Source of the DNA: an uncultured delta proteobacterium
GTDB taxonomy: Bacteria; Desulfobacterota; Desulfuromonadia; Geobacterales; DSM-12255
Direction: 5' to 3'
Assembly: GCA_963787125.1 (NCBI GenBank)
Contig: CAWBBV010000008.1
Span: 1 to 32,089, forward strand
Length of the DNA: 32,089 bases
The number at the start of each line of letters is the position of its first letter. Position 1 is the stretch's first letter. Under the pieces are notes generated by a model. That model was not told where the DNA came from and did no database searches. It saw nothing but the letters and a program-made list of their open reading frames with translations. The position numbers were made by a program, and so were the translations under genes. Below are positions 10,353-19,251 of the stretch, in pieces.

Positions 10353-10472
10353 TTGACTTAGAATAAATCTGCTGCAAATCCGTCTGAACGGTCCATATTT
10401 CACCGCTTTATTGGTCAATAGAACAACTGTGGTTCGTGGACATTTTATGCAGCTGAAATGATGTGTCTGCCG

Positions 10473-11240
10473 TCATCGACTTCTGAACCCGTTGCACTCC
10501 GGAAAGCCGGAGCAACCCCAGAAAGACTCGCCGGCATGGGGGCCGGTTTTGGCAGTACGCTGCCGCATCGGTTTATTGCATTTAGGACAGCCTGGGCTTT
10601 TAACGTCCGACTTGTCAGACCGGTCCGACCCGTCCGACATAGCTGCTCTTGATTCCAGCCTGGCCCTGGTCATACGCTCACGCAGGCCTCCGTGAGCGAG
10701 AAACTCCTGTTCCAGCTGGCGAATCTGCCTGCCAAGCAGACTACTGGCCTGATTGATCAGGCAGAGGAGCGTGTTGGCGACTACTTCAGCCGAGGCAGTG
10801 CGAAAGGCATAAATGTCTGACAAGTCCGACGACTTATTGTCTGACATGTCAGACTTGTCCGACCGGTCAGACATATTATCCGACTTGTCCGACAGATAAA
10901 GATTCCTGATTTCTTTCGCCTCCGGCGAATCCATCCCCCACTGGCGCAAACCGCGCTGGCGCAGAAAATCCTCATAATCCAGCAGCAGCTCCCCCAGACT
11001 GGCGCGGGCCACATTGGTCAGCTTCACTTCCATTTCCTTGGAAGTGGCCGAGGCCAGACTCCCCTCGGCGATGTTCTGCACGCCGCTCCGGGCCGCCTGC
11101 ACCATCTGGTCATGGGTGCGGGAACGCTTGTTGATAAAACGGTCGCAGAAGATAACCGTACCGTCATAGGCAAGCTGGGCCGACTGAAAACTGCGCAGCT
11201 TGCGAAAACCGCCATGCTGAGGGATAAAACCTGTTGTCAT
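10473..11240 (-). CDS. Four-helix-bundle protein with suffix domain and C-terminal topoisomerase-type C4 zinc finger
   Basis: DQMVQAARSGVQNIAEG, ARASLGELLLDYEDFLR, GGLRERMTRAR and CPKC...FWGCSGFPEC. Confidence 0.88.
   Translation of the reverse strand: MTTGFIPQHGGFRKLRSFQSAQLAYDGTVIFCDRFINKRSRTHDQMVQAARSGVQNIAEGSLASATSKEMEVKLTNVARASLGELLLDYEDFLRQRGLRQWGMDSPEAKEIRNLYLSDKSDNMSDRSDKSDMSDNKSSDLSDIYAFRTASAEVVANTLLCLINQASSLLGRQIRQLEQEFLAHGGLRERMTRARLESRAAMSDGSDRSDKSDVKSPGCPKCNKPMRQRTAKTGPHAGESFWGCSGFPECNGFRSR
10605..10640. repeat. Four tandem 9-bp units GTCNGACNN
   Basis: gtccgactt gtcagaccg gtccgaccc gtccgacat, encoding SDx repeats. Confidence 0.9.
10815..10895. repeat. Cluster of about eight GTCNGACNN units
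   Basis: Palindromic heptamers encoding SDKSDNMSDRSDKSDMSDNKSSDLSD. Confidence 0.9.
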
Positions 11241-11264
11241 ATCAGAAACAGCCCCCTTTCATAA

Positions 11265-13097
11265 CTAGGCCACGGCCTGCTCGACAATGGTGTCGGCAAG
11301 GTGGATCTGGGTGGTTTGGGCGGCAGCGAGGCGCGCCTTGAGGGCGTCGCAGAGGGTCATGAGTTCGTTAACTTTGGCGACGATGCGGTGTTGCTCGGCG
11401 AGAGGGGGAATCGCAAATACAAATTGAGACATCTTGGTTGCATTGACATTTGGAACACCTACCGAAGTAGTATTCAAGCCAAGATAGCTTTGACCAAGCG
11501 GGCTCATTAACATTAACAATGTATATTCAGACGACATAGCCTTTGGTAGTCGAACGCGAATTAAATATGCGCTTGGGATTGCAATAATATCCAAATCATA
11601 AATTGCCATCGTTCCAATACTTCCAGATCTCGTGATTATCAAGTCACCTTTTTCTAGTCCATAAAGTGATAGTTTCGATTTATCTACCAGAACCTCTGGC
11701 GGGTCTTTCAAACAAATTTTCCCATCAGCAGTCATATCGGTTGTTCGTATTGTCGGATAACCTCCTTGGGCAACATACTCATCACTAGCAAATCGCGGTC
11801 CATAAAATGAATCATTCCAAACTGTTCCAAAACGACTCCACTCCCAGCCAGCCGGTAATTCATGAGGTATTTCTTCTATACCTATTTCCGGCAAAGGTTT
11901 CTCTTTTTTCAACAGTCCTTTGCTTATCAACAGCGTCTTTTCCTCAGCGATCTTCTCCAACAACACGCTTGCCGGCTCATCATTCGGCTCTTGCGGAACA
12001 AGTTTCCCCATAACAGCAAGCTGAAGAATAGTTTGTTTGAGCTGGTCGATGCTCTGTTCGGTGGTGAACAGGGTGTCGAAGTGGTTGGCGATGCGGGTCC
12101 AGTTCTCATCAAATTCCGTTAGCCCTGAGCCCATACTCCGTTCACCCTGAGCCTGTCGAAGGGTGTTGGGGCGTGCTTCGACAAGCTCAGCACGAACGGG
12201 GGCGTTGGTGAGTGTACCGAGCAGGATTTCGACCAGGGTTTGGTGGGCTTCGATGTTGTTGGTTTGTTGTTGTTCCAGTTGGTCGCACAGGGCCATGAGT
12301 TCATCGACTTTGGCGACGATGCGGTGTTGTTCTGCGAGAGGGGGCACAGGAAGAACTAAACTATTTAAATCACCCAGCGATACGTTGGGCATTGCTCCAC
12401 CACGGGCTTTTGCCCTTGTGGCTTCTGCCACAAAGGAATCCAACTGGATTAGCAGATATCTAGTATCAAATACTGTTGATGTGCCTCTTATTATTGCAAG
12501 AGCTTGATTCGTATTGGCCGGCAGGTCTTTTCCATAAACGATGCAAGTCTTGCCAATGGTTCCAGCAATTGAGAAAAGCACATCACCTTCTGCAAGCTGA
12601 GACCGTTCAAGAGCTTGATTTGTTTCTTTGTCGATGAACTGAGAAATTGTATCGCCTTGGATTTGCCCACGGTCAATATTCTCAATCTTTACAAAAGAAA
12701 CTCCTGAATCAACATACGCATATCCTAAAGACGTTGGAGTCGTCCCTTTAGTAATCAAATGAGAGACTGCCCCTAATCGTTCAACAGACCAATTGGTTGG
12801 GAGTACAAACGGTAGCTCATCAATAGTTATAGGATGAAGTTCTTTCTGTCTTCCAATCTCCCCTTTTTTGACGAGATGCGATTTTCCATTTGCGCTTCTT
12901 TCCAGTAAATAACATGCTGGTTCATCGCTTGGATCTTGCGCCACCAATTTCCCCCGCACCGCCAGCTCAAGAATCAACTCCTGCAGTTTCTTAATCCCAT
13001 ACGCTTCCACTCTGCCGCCACTCCCCCGGCCAGCAGTAGATTTGCTAAGCAGCGCCGAACTCCAGAGATCGATATTGTCGGTAATAACATCAGGCAT
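11265..13097 (-). CDS. hsdS: Type I R-M specificity subunit
   Basis: Two TRDs each followed by PPLAEQHRIVAKV(D/N)ELM. Lies directly downstream of hsdM. Confidence 0.95.
   Translation of the reverse strand: MPDVITDNIDLWSSALLSKSTAGRGSGGRVEAYGIKKLQELILELAVRGKLVAQDPSDEPACYLLERSANGKSHLVKKGEIGRQKELHPITIDELPFVLPTNWSVERLGAVSHLITKGTTPTSLGYAYVDSGVSFVKIENIDRGQIQGDTISQFIDKETNQALERSQLAEGDVLFSIAGTIGKTCIVYGKDLPANTNQALAIIRGTSTVFDTRYLLIQLDSFVAEATRAKARGGAMPNVSLGDLNSLVLPVPPLAEQHRIVAKVDELMALCDQLEQQQTNNIEAHQTLVEILLGTLTNAPVRAELVEARPNTLRQAQGERSMGSGLTEFDENWTRIANHFDTLFTTEQSIDQLKQTILQLAVMGKLVPQEPNDEPASVLLEKIAEEKTLLISKGLLKKEKPLPEIGIEEIPHELPAGWEWSRFGTVWNDSFYGPRFASDEYVAQGGYPTIRTTDMTADGKICLKDPPEVLVDKSKLSLYGLEKGDLIITRSGSIGTMAIYDLDIIAIPSAYLIRVRLPKAMSSEYTLLMLMSPLGQSYLGLNTTSVGVPNVNATKMSQFVFAIPPLAEQHRIVAKVNELMTLCDALKARLAAAQTTQIHLADTIVEQAVA
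12138..12199. repeat. REP-like hairpin inserted in frame in hsdS
   Basis: 24-bp arms ccgttcaccctgagcctgtcgaag / cttcgacaagctcagcacgaacgg (20/24 complementary). Same family as 14612-14638 and 14992-15018. Confidence 0.9.
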
Positions 13098-13099
13098 AA

Positions 13100-14578
13100 T
13101 TACGCCTCACCCCGGTGCAACGCCTGATGCAGAATATCCTTTAGCTGGCTGCGAACATCGGCAATCCCCTGTTGCTGCTCCTGATACAGCCGCAGCAGTT
13201 CATCGGGATCATGGCTGATCTGCTCGCCCACATGGGGGTTCTTGATGTCCAGGTTGTAGTTGCGGGCGATGATGTCGGCGACCGGCACCTTCCAGGCCTG
13301 CTCGGTCGGCACGCGGGCGGCAAAACCGTCGGCCTCACTCCCCCACCAGTCGATTTCGGTCTGGAACTCCTCGAAGCGCATCGGCTTGGTTTTGTTGTAG
13401 TTCTTGACCCCTGCCGGATAGGGGTGCTCGTAATACCAGACATGCCTGGTGGGCTGGCCCTTGGTGAAGAACAGCAGGTTGGTCTTGATGCCGGTGTAGG
13501 GGTTGAAGACCCCGTTGGGCAGCCGCACGATGGTGTGCAGGTTGCACTCTTCCAGTAGCGCCTGCTTGAGGCGGGTTTTCATCCCTTCGCCGAAGAGGAA
13601 ACCGTCGGGCAGCACCACGGCGGCGCGCCCCTGGACCTTGAGCAGTTTGATGATCAGCGCCAGAAACAGGTCTGCAGTTTCGCGGGTGCGGAAGTTGGCG
13701 GGAAAGTTGTTCTCGATACCGTCTTCTTCCATGCCGCCGAAGGGGGGATTGGTAACGATGACGTTGACCCGGTCGGCGTTGCCGTGGTCCTTGTAGGGGC
13801 GGCTCAGGGTGTTGTCATGACGGATATTGGTGGGAGTGTCGATGCCGTGGAGGATCATGTTGGTGACGGCCAGCATGTGGGGCATGGCCTTTTTCTCCAC
13901 GCCGCGGATGGAGGCAACCACGGTCTCTTCGTCTTCCCTGGTTTTGACGTAATGCTCGCGCTTGTGGTCGATGGTACAGGTGAGGAAACCGCCGGTGCCG
14001 CAGGCAGGGTCGAGCACGATGTCGTCCAGCTGGGGATCTACGCGATTGACGATGAAGCGGGTGACGGCGCGGGGGGTGTAGAACTCGCCCGCATTACCGG
14101 CGCTCTGCAGGTCGCGGAGGATCTGCTCGTAGATGCTGCCGAAGGTGTGACGGTCACCGCTGTTGTTGAAGTCGATTTCGCTGATCTTGTTGATCACCTG
14201 GCGCATCAGCGTGCCGGACTTCATATAGTTGTAGGCGTCCTCAAAGACGTTGCGCACCACTTTGGCGCGCTCACCTGCCGGGCCGTGGATGACCAGTTTA
14301 TCCTTTAATGTGGGGAAGAGCTGGCTGTTGACGAAGTCCGACAGGGCGTCGCCGGTAATCCCCTCGGAGTCCTTTGCCCAGGACCGCCAGCGCAGCGCCT
14401 CCGGCAGTGGTGATTTGTAGTTGTCTTCCAGCAGCTCCAGTTCGGATTCGCGGTCGTCGAAGATTTTGAGAAAAAACATCCAGACCAGCTGGCTGATCCG
14501 CTGGGCATCGCCGTCAACGCCCACATCCTTGCGCATAATGTCTTGTATGGATTTGATGATACCGGAAACATTACTCAT
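13100..14578 (-). CDS. hsdM: Type I R-M N6-adenine methyltransferase
   Basis: GEFYTPR, DPACGTGGF and NPPF motifs. Confidence 0.97.
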   Translation of the reverse strand: MSNVSGIIKSIQDIMRKDVGVDGDAQRISQLVWMFFLKIFDDRESELELLEDNYKSPLPEALRWRSWAKDSEGITGDALSDFVNSQLFPTLKDKLVIHGPAGERAKVVRNVFEDAYNYMKSGTLMRQVINKISEIDFNNSGDRHTFGSIYEQILRDLQSAGNAGEFYTPRAVTRFIVNRVDPQLDDIVLDPACGTGGFLTCTIDHKREHYVKTREDEETVVASIRGVEKKAMPHMLAVTNMILHGIDTPTNIRHDNTLSRPYKDHGNADRVNVIVTNPPFGGMEEDGIENNFPANFRTRETADLFLALIIKLLKVQGRAAVVLPDGFLFGEGMKTRLKQALLEECNLHTIVRLPNGVFNPYTGIKTNLLFFTKGQPTRHVWYYEHPYPAGVKNYNKTKPMRFEEFQTEIDWWGSEADGFAARVPTEQAWKVPVADIIARNYNLDIKNPHVGEQISHDPDELLRLYQEQQQGIADVRSQLKDILHQALHRGEA

Positions 14579-14599
14579 TTATGGAATCCTGAAATTAAT

Positions 14600-14914
14600 T
14601 TAGTTGCCATACCGTTCGCCCTGAGCCAGTCGAAGGGCGTTTTGCGCCAAACGCGAGACTTCGTTCCAGTCGCCGCGCATCATGGCTTCTTTCTTTCTTC
14701 TGCTCCAACCTTTTATCTGGCGCTCTGCTGCAAGCGCCTCTTCTCTGGTTGATAGTTCCTGGGAAAAGACTATCTCTATGGGCAAACGTGTTGCCGTATA
14801 ACAATTCGGAAATGTTTTACCTTTATGCTGCGCTATGCGCATTTCCAAATTGTCTGTGTGTCCTGTGTAGTAGCTGCCATCATGGCATTTCAATATGTAG
14901 ACCCAAAAGCCCAT
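14600..14914 (-). CDS. Small stand-alone GIY-YIG nuclease (UPF0213-like)
   Basis: VYILKC.DGSYYTGHT.NL..R..QH and EALAAERQIKGWSR.KK. Confidence 0.92.
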   Translation of the reverse strand: MGFWVYILKCHDGSYYTGHTDNLEMRIAQHKGKTFPNCYTATRLPIEIVFSQELSTREEALAAERQIKGWSRRKKEAMMRGDWNEVSRLAQNALRLAQGERYGN

Positions 14915-15018
14915 TTGTTTGTACCTGCTTTACGTATGCTATCCGTTTGTGGTGAGCTGTGAGCGTGTCGAACAGCGAACCATGAACGGATGCCCTTCGA
15001 CGAGCTCAGGGCGAACGG
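14612..15018. repeat. 27-bp inverted repeats (14612-14638, 14992-15018) bracketing the GIY-YIG gene, plus internal hairpin 14941-14991
   Basis: ccgttcgccctgagccagtcgaagggc versus the reverse complement ccgttcgccctgagctcgtcgaagggc (25/27). Confidence 0.9.
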
Positions 15019-15053
15019 CTTTTGTCTAAGTTACTTTTGCTAAATTCTGATTC

Positions 15054-17405
15054 TCATGCTGCACCTTCCTGTCTAAACAACTCGTGCTCCAGCTCCTGGA
15101 TGGCTTTGTCGAAACCATCCTTGCCGCCAAAGATGTTGTTGATGATTTCCACGGGGGTACCCATGGTTTTAAACGGGTCCAGACGCAGGACCTTGGCACT
15201 TTCCAGCGTGCCGACACCTTCATCGGCGTATTTGTCCAGCAGGGCGGTGAGTACGGCCCTGGCTTGTTCACCGTATTTAGTGAAGTAGTCGCGCTTTTTG
15301 ACCTTGTTAGCCCGCTCTTTACGGGTGAGCGGCGGCTGGCCGTAGGCAATATGGCAGATGAGGTCGAAATCGCCAAACTCCTTGCCAACCTCTGCAGCCA
15401 GGTTGGCAAGGATAATGCCATGCTCTTCCAGTTCATCGATGATGGCCTGTTTTTTCGTGGCGCCGTGCCAACGCTGCAGAAACTCATCAAGGGAAGCATA
15501 CTCGGCCTGAATCTGCTTGCGGGTGAAATCCTTATAGGATTCGGTAATGAGTTTGCCATCCATGTAGTAGGAAATGTGCTCGGCGATGATTCTGGCCGCT
15601 ACGCCGCTGACACGGATTTTTACGACTCCTTCGCCGGTATCGTCGCCCCCTTCGTCATCATTACCATCATCTGGTGGCGGATCGGGCGGCACTGGATCGT
15701 CGCCATCACCGGGTTCGTAGATCACCACCGGTTCACCATCAAAATCCGGATCACGGAACAGTTCGGTGGCCTTTTTAAAGTCCATGATGGTGAAGAACCA
15801 CTTGTTATTCTCTTCATCAATGCGGGTGCCGCGACCAATGATCTGCTTGAAAGTGGTCATGGAGCGGATGGTTTTATCCAGGACGATGAGCTTGCAGGTC
15901 TTGGCATCGACACCGGTGGTCAAAAGCTCCGAAGTGGTAGCGATGACCGGAAACCGGCTTTCCGGGTCGATGAAATTATCAAGCTCCGCCTTCCCTTCGA
16001 CGCTGTCGCCGGTGATCCGCATGACATATTTGGGGTTATCCAGGGCAATCTGTCCGGCGACGTTGACTATGGCGACGCGCATCCGCTCGGCATGGTCGAT
16101 ATCTTCGCAAAAAATAATGGTTTTGGAGAAAATATCGGTAGCTCGTAGATACTGCATGACCCGGTTGGCTACCAGTTTGGTGCGCTGATTCAGCACCAGC
16201 AGGCGGTCCATGTCTTTCTGGTTATATTCGCGCTGCTCAATCTCCTGGCCGAGGTCATCTTTCATCCCCGGCGACGGCGTCCAGCCGTGGATATCCTTGT
16301 CGATATCAATCCGCACGACTTTGTACGGCGCAAGAAAGCCGTCTTCAATCCCCTGCTTGAGACTGTAGGTATAAACCGGTTCTCCAAAGTAGGTGATGTT
16401 GGAAACGTATTCGGTTTCTTTCGGTGTGGCGGTGAGGCCGACTTGCACGGCACCGGAGAAATAGTCGAGGATTTCACGCCAGGCGGAATCATCCGCTGCG
16501 CTCCCCCGATGGCACTCGTCGATGACAATCATGTCGAAAAATTCACGCGAGACGTTCTTGAAAATCTTGTCTTCTTCATCGGGGCCGGTGATGGCTTGAT
16601 AAAGTCCCAGATAGACTTCGTAGGCCGGGTCGATCTTGCGGTTTTTGATCTTGGTCATGACCGAGCCGAAAGGTTTGAAGTCATTGACGAGGGTTTGGTC
16701 GACGAGAATGTTTCTGTCTACCAGGAACAGAACCCTTTTGACAGCACCGGCCTTCCACAACCTCCAGATAATCTGGAAGGTTGTATAGGTTTTACCGGTA
16801 CCGGTGGCCATAACAAGCAGTACGCGCCTTTGGCCACTGGCTACAGCCTCAACCGTTCGGTTGATGGCCTCAACCTGATAATAGCGGGGCTCTTTGCCGG
16901 AGAGGTCTTCATGGTAGGGTTGCACGACCAGTTTTTCCGCATCATCTTTGATGCCTCGAAACGTTTTATAACGCTGCCACAATTCTTGCGGTGGTGGAAA
17001 TGCTTCAAGGGGGAATTCCGTCTCGATATCTTCGCCTGCAACAGGGACCTTGTTGTGCGAGGCAAAGGCATCACCATTGGAACTGAAGGCGCTTGGCAGT
17101 TCAAGAATTTCCGCATAGCCGAGAGCCTGTTGCATACCGTGGCTGACAGTGTGATTATTGTCTTTGGCTTCAACGATGGCAAGGGGCACGCCCGGTTCCC
17201 AAGACAGGACATAATCAGCAAATTTCTTCTTTTTCTTGTTACGCGCGGACAGATTGCCGCGGACGATAACCGGACCGGGTGTGAGAGTCACTTCCCAGCG
17301 AATCTGCTTCATCGGGTCCCAGCCAGCGTTCTGTATCGCCGGGGTAATGAACAGATTGCAGATATCCGTTTCGCTCAGCTCTTTTTTCTCTTTGCTATTC
17401 AGCAT
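15054..17405 (-). CDS. hsdR: Type I restriction subunit, EcoAI/EcoEI-like
   Basis: ADY...VEAK nuclease motif, MATGTGKT, DECH and QIIGRGTR helicase motifs, EcoEI-like C-terminus. Confidence 0.96.
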   Translation of the reverse strand: MLNSKEKKELSETDICNLFITPAIQNAGWDPMKQIRWEVTLTPGPVIVRGNLSARNKKKKKFADYVLSWEPGVPLAIVEAKDNNHTVSHGMQQALGYAEILELPSAFSSNGDAFASHNKVPVAGEDIETEFPLEAFPPPQELWQRYKTFRGIKDDAEKLVVQPYHEDLSGKEPRYYQVEAINRTVEAVASGQRRVLLVMATGTGKTYTTFQIIWRLWKAGAVKRVLFLVDRNILVDQTLVNDFKPFGSVMTKIKNRKIDPAYEVYLGLYQAITGPDEEDKIFKNVSREFFDMIVIDECHRGSAADDSAWREILDYFSGAVQVGLTATPKETEYVSNITYFGEPVYTYSLKQGIEDGFLAPYKVVRIDIDKDIHGWTPSPGMKDDLGQEIEQREYNQKDMDRLLVLNQRTKLVANRVMQYLRATDIFSKTIIFCEDIDHAERMRVAIVNVAGQIALDNPKYVMRITGDSVEGKAELDNFIDPESRFPVIATTSELLTTGVDAKTCKLIVLDKTIRSMTTFKQIIGRGTRIDEENNKWFFTIMDFKKATELFRDPDFDGEPVVIYEPGDGDDPVPPDPPPDDGNDDEGGDDTGEGVVKIRVSGVAARIIAEHISYYMDGKLITESYKDFTRKQIQAEYASLDEFLQRWHGATKKQAIIDELEEHGIILANLAAEVGKEFGDFDLICHIAYGQPPLTRKERANKVKKRDYFTKYGEQARAVLTALLDKYADEGVGTLESAKVLRLDPFKTMGTPVEIINNIFGGKDGFDKAIQELEHELFRQEGAA

Positions 17406-17639
17406 AAGATATCCTGTAAAGAAGTTTTACTGTGGCCGCATTAAATCTTAACGGGGAATGTATAACCAGATAATAATCGGCTATCTTGTTATATTTCTGC
17501 CTTTAGAAGACAGCTGACTCATACTCTCCCCTACCCCCGCCGTAAAAAGCGGCACGTTTAAGGCAATTATGAAAAATGAAGTATGAACTATTTAAAGGAC
17601 TTTATTTCATCGGCAGCTTTCACCTGTTTTAAATCATAA

Positions 17640-17659
17640 AATTCCCGCCGGCGGGAATT
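17640..17659. repeat. Perfect 20-bp palindrome AATTCCCGCCGGCGGGAATT (candidate protein-binding site)
   Basis: Zero-spacer perfect inverted repeat, 65 bp past the parB-like stop. Confidence 0.8.
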
Positions 17660-17724
17660 CGGTCTTAAGTGGCTGTTTTATAACAGTTCACCTCGAAAAA
17701 CAGCCTAAATTTTTGCACCTTATA

Positions 17725-18501
17725 TCACTTGAGCAGTTTGATCTTTTGATAAGCCACGCCACGCAGTTTGGTCAACTCAATCAGCATGGTTGCCTTCTGG
17801 TCGGCGTCCAGCCTGCTGTAATCCAGCGTATCAAGCTTTTCGCTCCATGAGGGCAGAAAGGAGATATCCGGCGGCGCGTCTGCAGGTTTCGGTTTGGCTG
17901 TCTGCTTTCTGATTTCACCACGGGTAAGGCCGCTCTCTTTGTACTTAGCGTAGAGGGCAATCATCTTTGCCGGGGTTTTCAGTTTGGCAATTTCCACCAG
18001 AATGCTCCGGTTTACTTTTGGATCGTTGCGGCAATCATCCTTTACTTCAGCCGGCAGACGGTTCAAGGAGAGAATCGCTGAGATAGCTGTGTCTGACTTA
18101 CCAAGCGCTGTGGAAAGTTCACTCAGGCCGTAATCATGAATCGCCCGCAGCCGCTCAATCCCCTCTGCCTCTTCAATGGCAGTCAGATTTTCCCGCAGCA
18201 GATTTTCAATGATGGAAATCTCTGCCGGTTCACCGTCGGTGATTATAGCCGGGACACTTTCCAGTCCGGCATTGCGGGACGCCTGATAGCGGCGCTCGCC
18301 GGAAACAATGATAAACTTGCCACCCTCCCCTTCCCGCACCAGTATCGGCTGGAGCACACCATGACTGGCGATTGACGCCGCCAGTTCAGCTAATGCCTGC
18401 TCATCGAAGAATTTACGCGGCTGTTCCGGATCGGGACTGAGCTGAAACATGCTCAGTTGGTAAAGCTTGCCTTTCTCATAACTCGATTGATTATCTGCCA
18501 T
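17725..18501 (-). CDS. ParB/Spo0J-family protein
   Basis: QPRK.F, LQPILV, GERRYQA, ENLLRENL motifs followed by an HTH. Confidence 0.92.
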   Translation of the reverse strand: MADNQSSYEKGKLYQLSMFQLSPDPEQPRKFFDEQALAELAASIASHGVLQPILVREGEGGKFIIVSGERRYQASRNAGLESVPAIITDGEPAEISIIENLLRENLTAIEEAEGIERLRAIHDYGLSELSTALGKSDTAISAILSLNRLPAEVKDDCRNDPKVNRSILVEIAKLKTPAKMIALYAKYKESGLTRGEIRKQTAKPKPADAPPDISFLPSWSEKLDTLDYSRLDADQKATMLIELTKLRGVAYQKIKLLK

Positions 18502-18719
18502 AACATACCCTCACTGGAATTATCTTGAGTAAAGTTCTAAGCGCCAAATCTTTTGTCCACGAAACACACGAAAACACACGAAAACACACGAAAGAAATCT
18601 AAAACCTTTTTCTGGATAAAACCGGAGCTGTTGCTGTCTGTTGAATCAAAACCTTGAATCGCTTTAGATCGGTTTGTTCGTGTATTTTCATGTCGTTCGT
18701 GGATAAAGCCTTTCCTGCT

Positions 18720-19100
18720 TCACAGGACTATTCTTTCAACAGTTGCTTTTTGCTGGCAACCGAAATTCACCAGCAGTCCAAGCCTCAAATCAGTGGCCTT
18801 CAGGTAATTCAATACCTGGGAACGATGCTCACCGGAAAGATCGCGCAGAGCCTTCAACTCGACGATAATCTTGTCATAACAGATGATGTCCGGTTTGTAC
18901 GTCTGCTTCTACACTTCGCCCTTATAAAACAGCTTCAGCTCCTGCTGGGCAATGAAAGGTACCCCTCTTCTCCGGAACTCCTTTTCAAGACATTCCTGAT
19001 AGACCGCTTCGAGAAATCCGCAGCCCAGTTCGCGGTAAACCTCGAAGATTGCCCCCTGAATGGCATAACATTCATCCCTGAAGAGTAATTCGTTTTCCAT
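18720..19100 (-). pseudogene. GxxExxY protein (PD-(D/E)xK-like) with in-frame TAG at 18911-18909
   Basis: LGCGFLEAVYQECL. The frame continues past TAG as KQTYKPDIICYDKIIVELKA...QVLNYLKATDLRLGLLVNFG to TGA at 18722-18720. Confidence 0.9.
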
Positions 19101-19121
19101 TTTTAGTGTCCTTTTGCTGAC

Positions 19122-19167
19122 AAAAACAAAAAAGCCGCTCCACCGGCTATTTCCGGTACAGCGGCTT
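19122..19167 (-). terminator. Intrinsic terminator-like hairpin just upstream of the GxxExxY start
   Basis: AAGCCGCT...AGCGGCTT stem with inner ACCGG/CCGGT, followed by TTTTGTTTTT. Confidence 0.7.
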
Positions 19168-19224
19168 GCAGTCATCTACCAAACATCCACGCCATCACTC
19201 ACTCCATAAAAAAAGGTGGCTCAC

Positions 19225-19251
19225 ATTATAACGCCAGCAGCATAGTGTCAA
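19225..19251 (-). promoter_or_regulatory. Sigma70-like promoter TTGACA-15 bp-TATAAT
   Basis: Both hexamers are perfect consensus, but the spacer is shorter than optimal. Confidence 0.5.

Noticed and set aside
10432..10441. GTTCGTGGAC matching the end of the GxxExxY repeat at the R-M truncation junction
   Set aside because: Only 10 bp with no partner arm, so it could be chance.
10473..11240. Diversity-generating retroelement (Avd-like fold)
   Set aside because: No reverse transcriptase and no TR/VR pair with adenine-specific mismatches.
11346..12344. ~60-bp direct repeat within hsdS, as a possible shufflon
   Set aside because: Normal duplicated conserved regions of HsdS. No invertase or silent TRDs present.
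15640..15715. Pro/Asp/Gly-rich low-complexity stretch in HsdR
   Set aside because: Ordinary acidic linker before the C-terminal domain, with no DNA-level palindrome.
15084..17444. Long plus-strand ORFs (354 and 385 aa) and similar ones opposite istA, hsdM, GxxExxY and the RND gene
   Set aside because: Antisense shadows of well-supported genes with no recognisable motifs.
19130..19220. Known riboswitch (e.g. fluoride or c-di-GMP)
   Set aside because: Consensus aptamer motifs not recognisable by eye. Kept only as an unassigned leader/sRNA.
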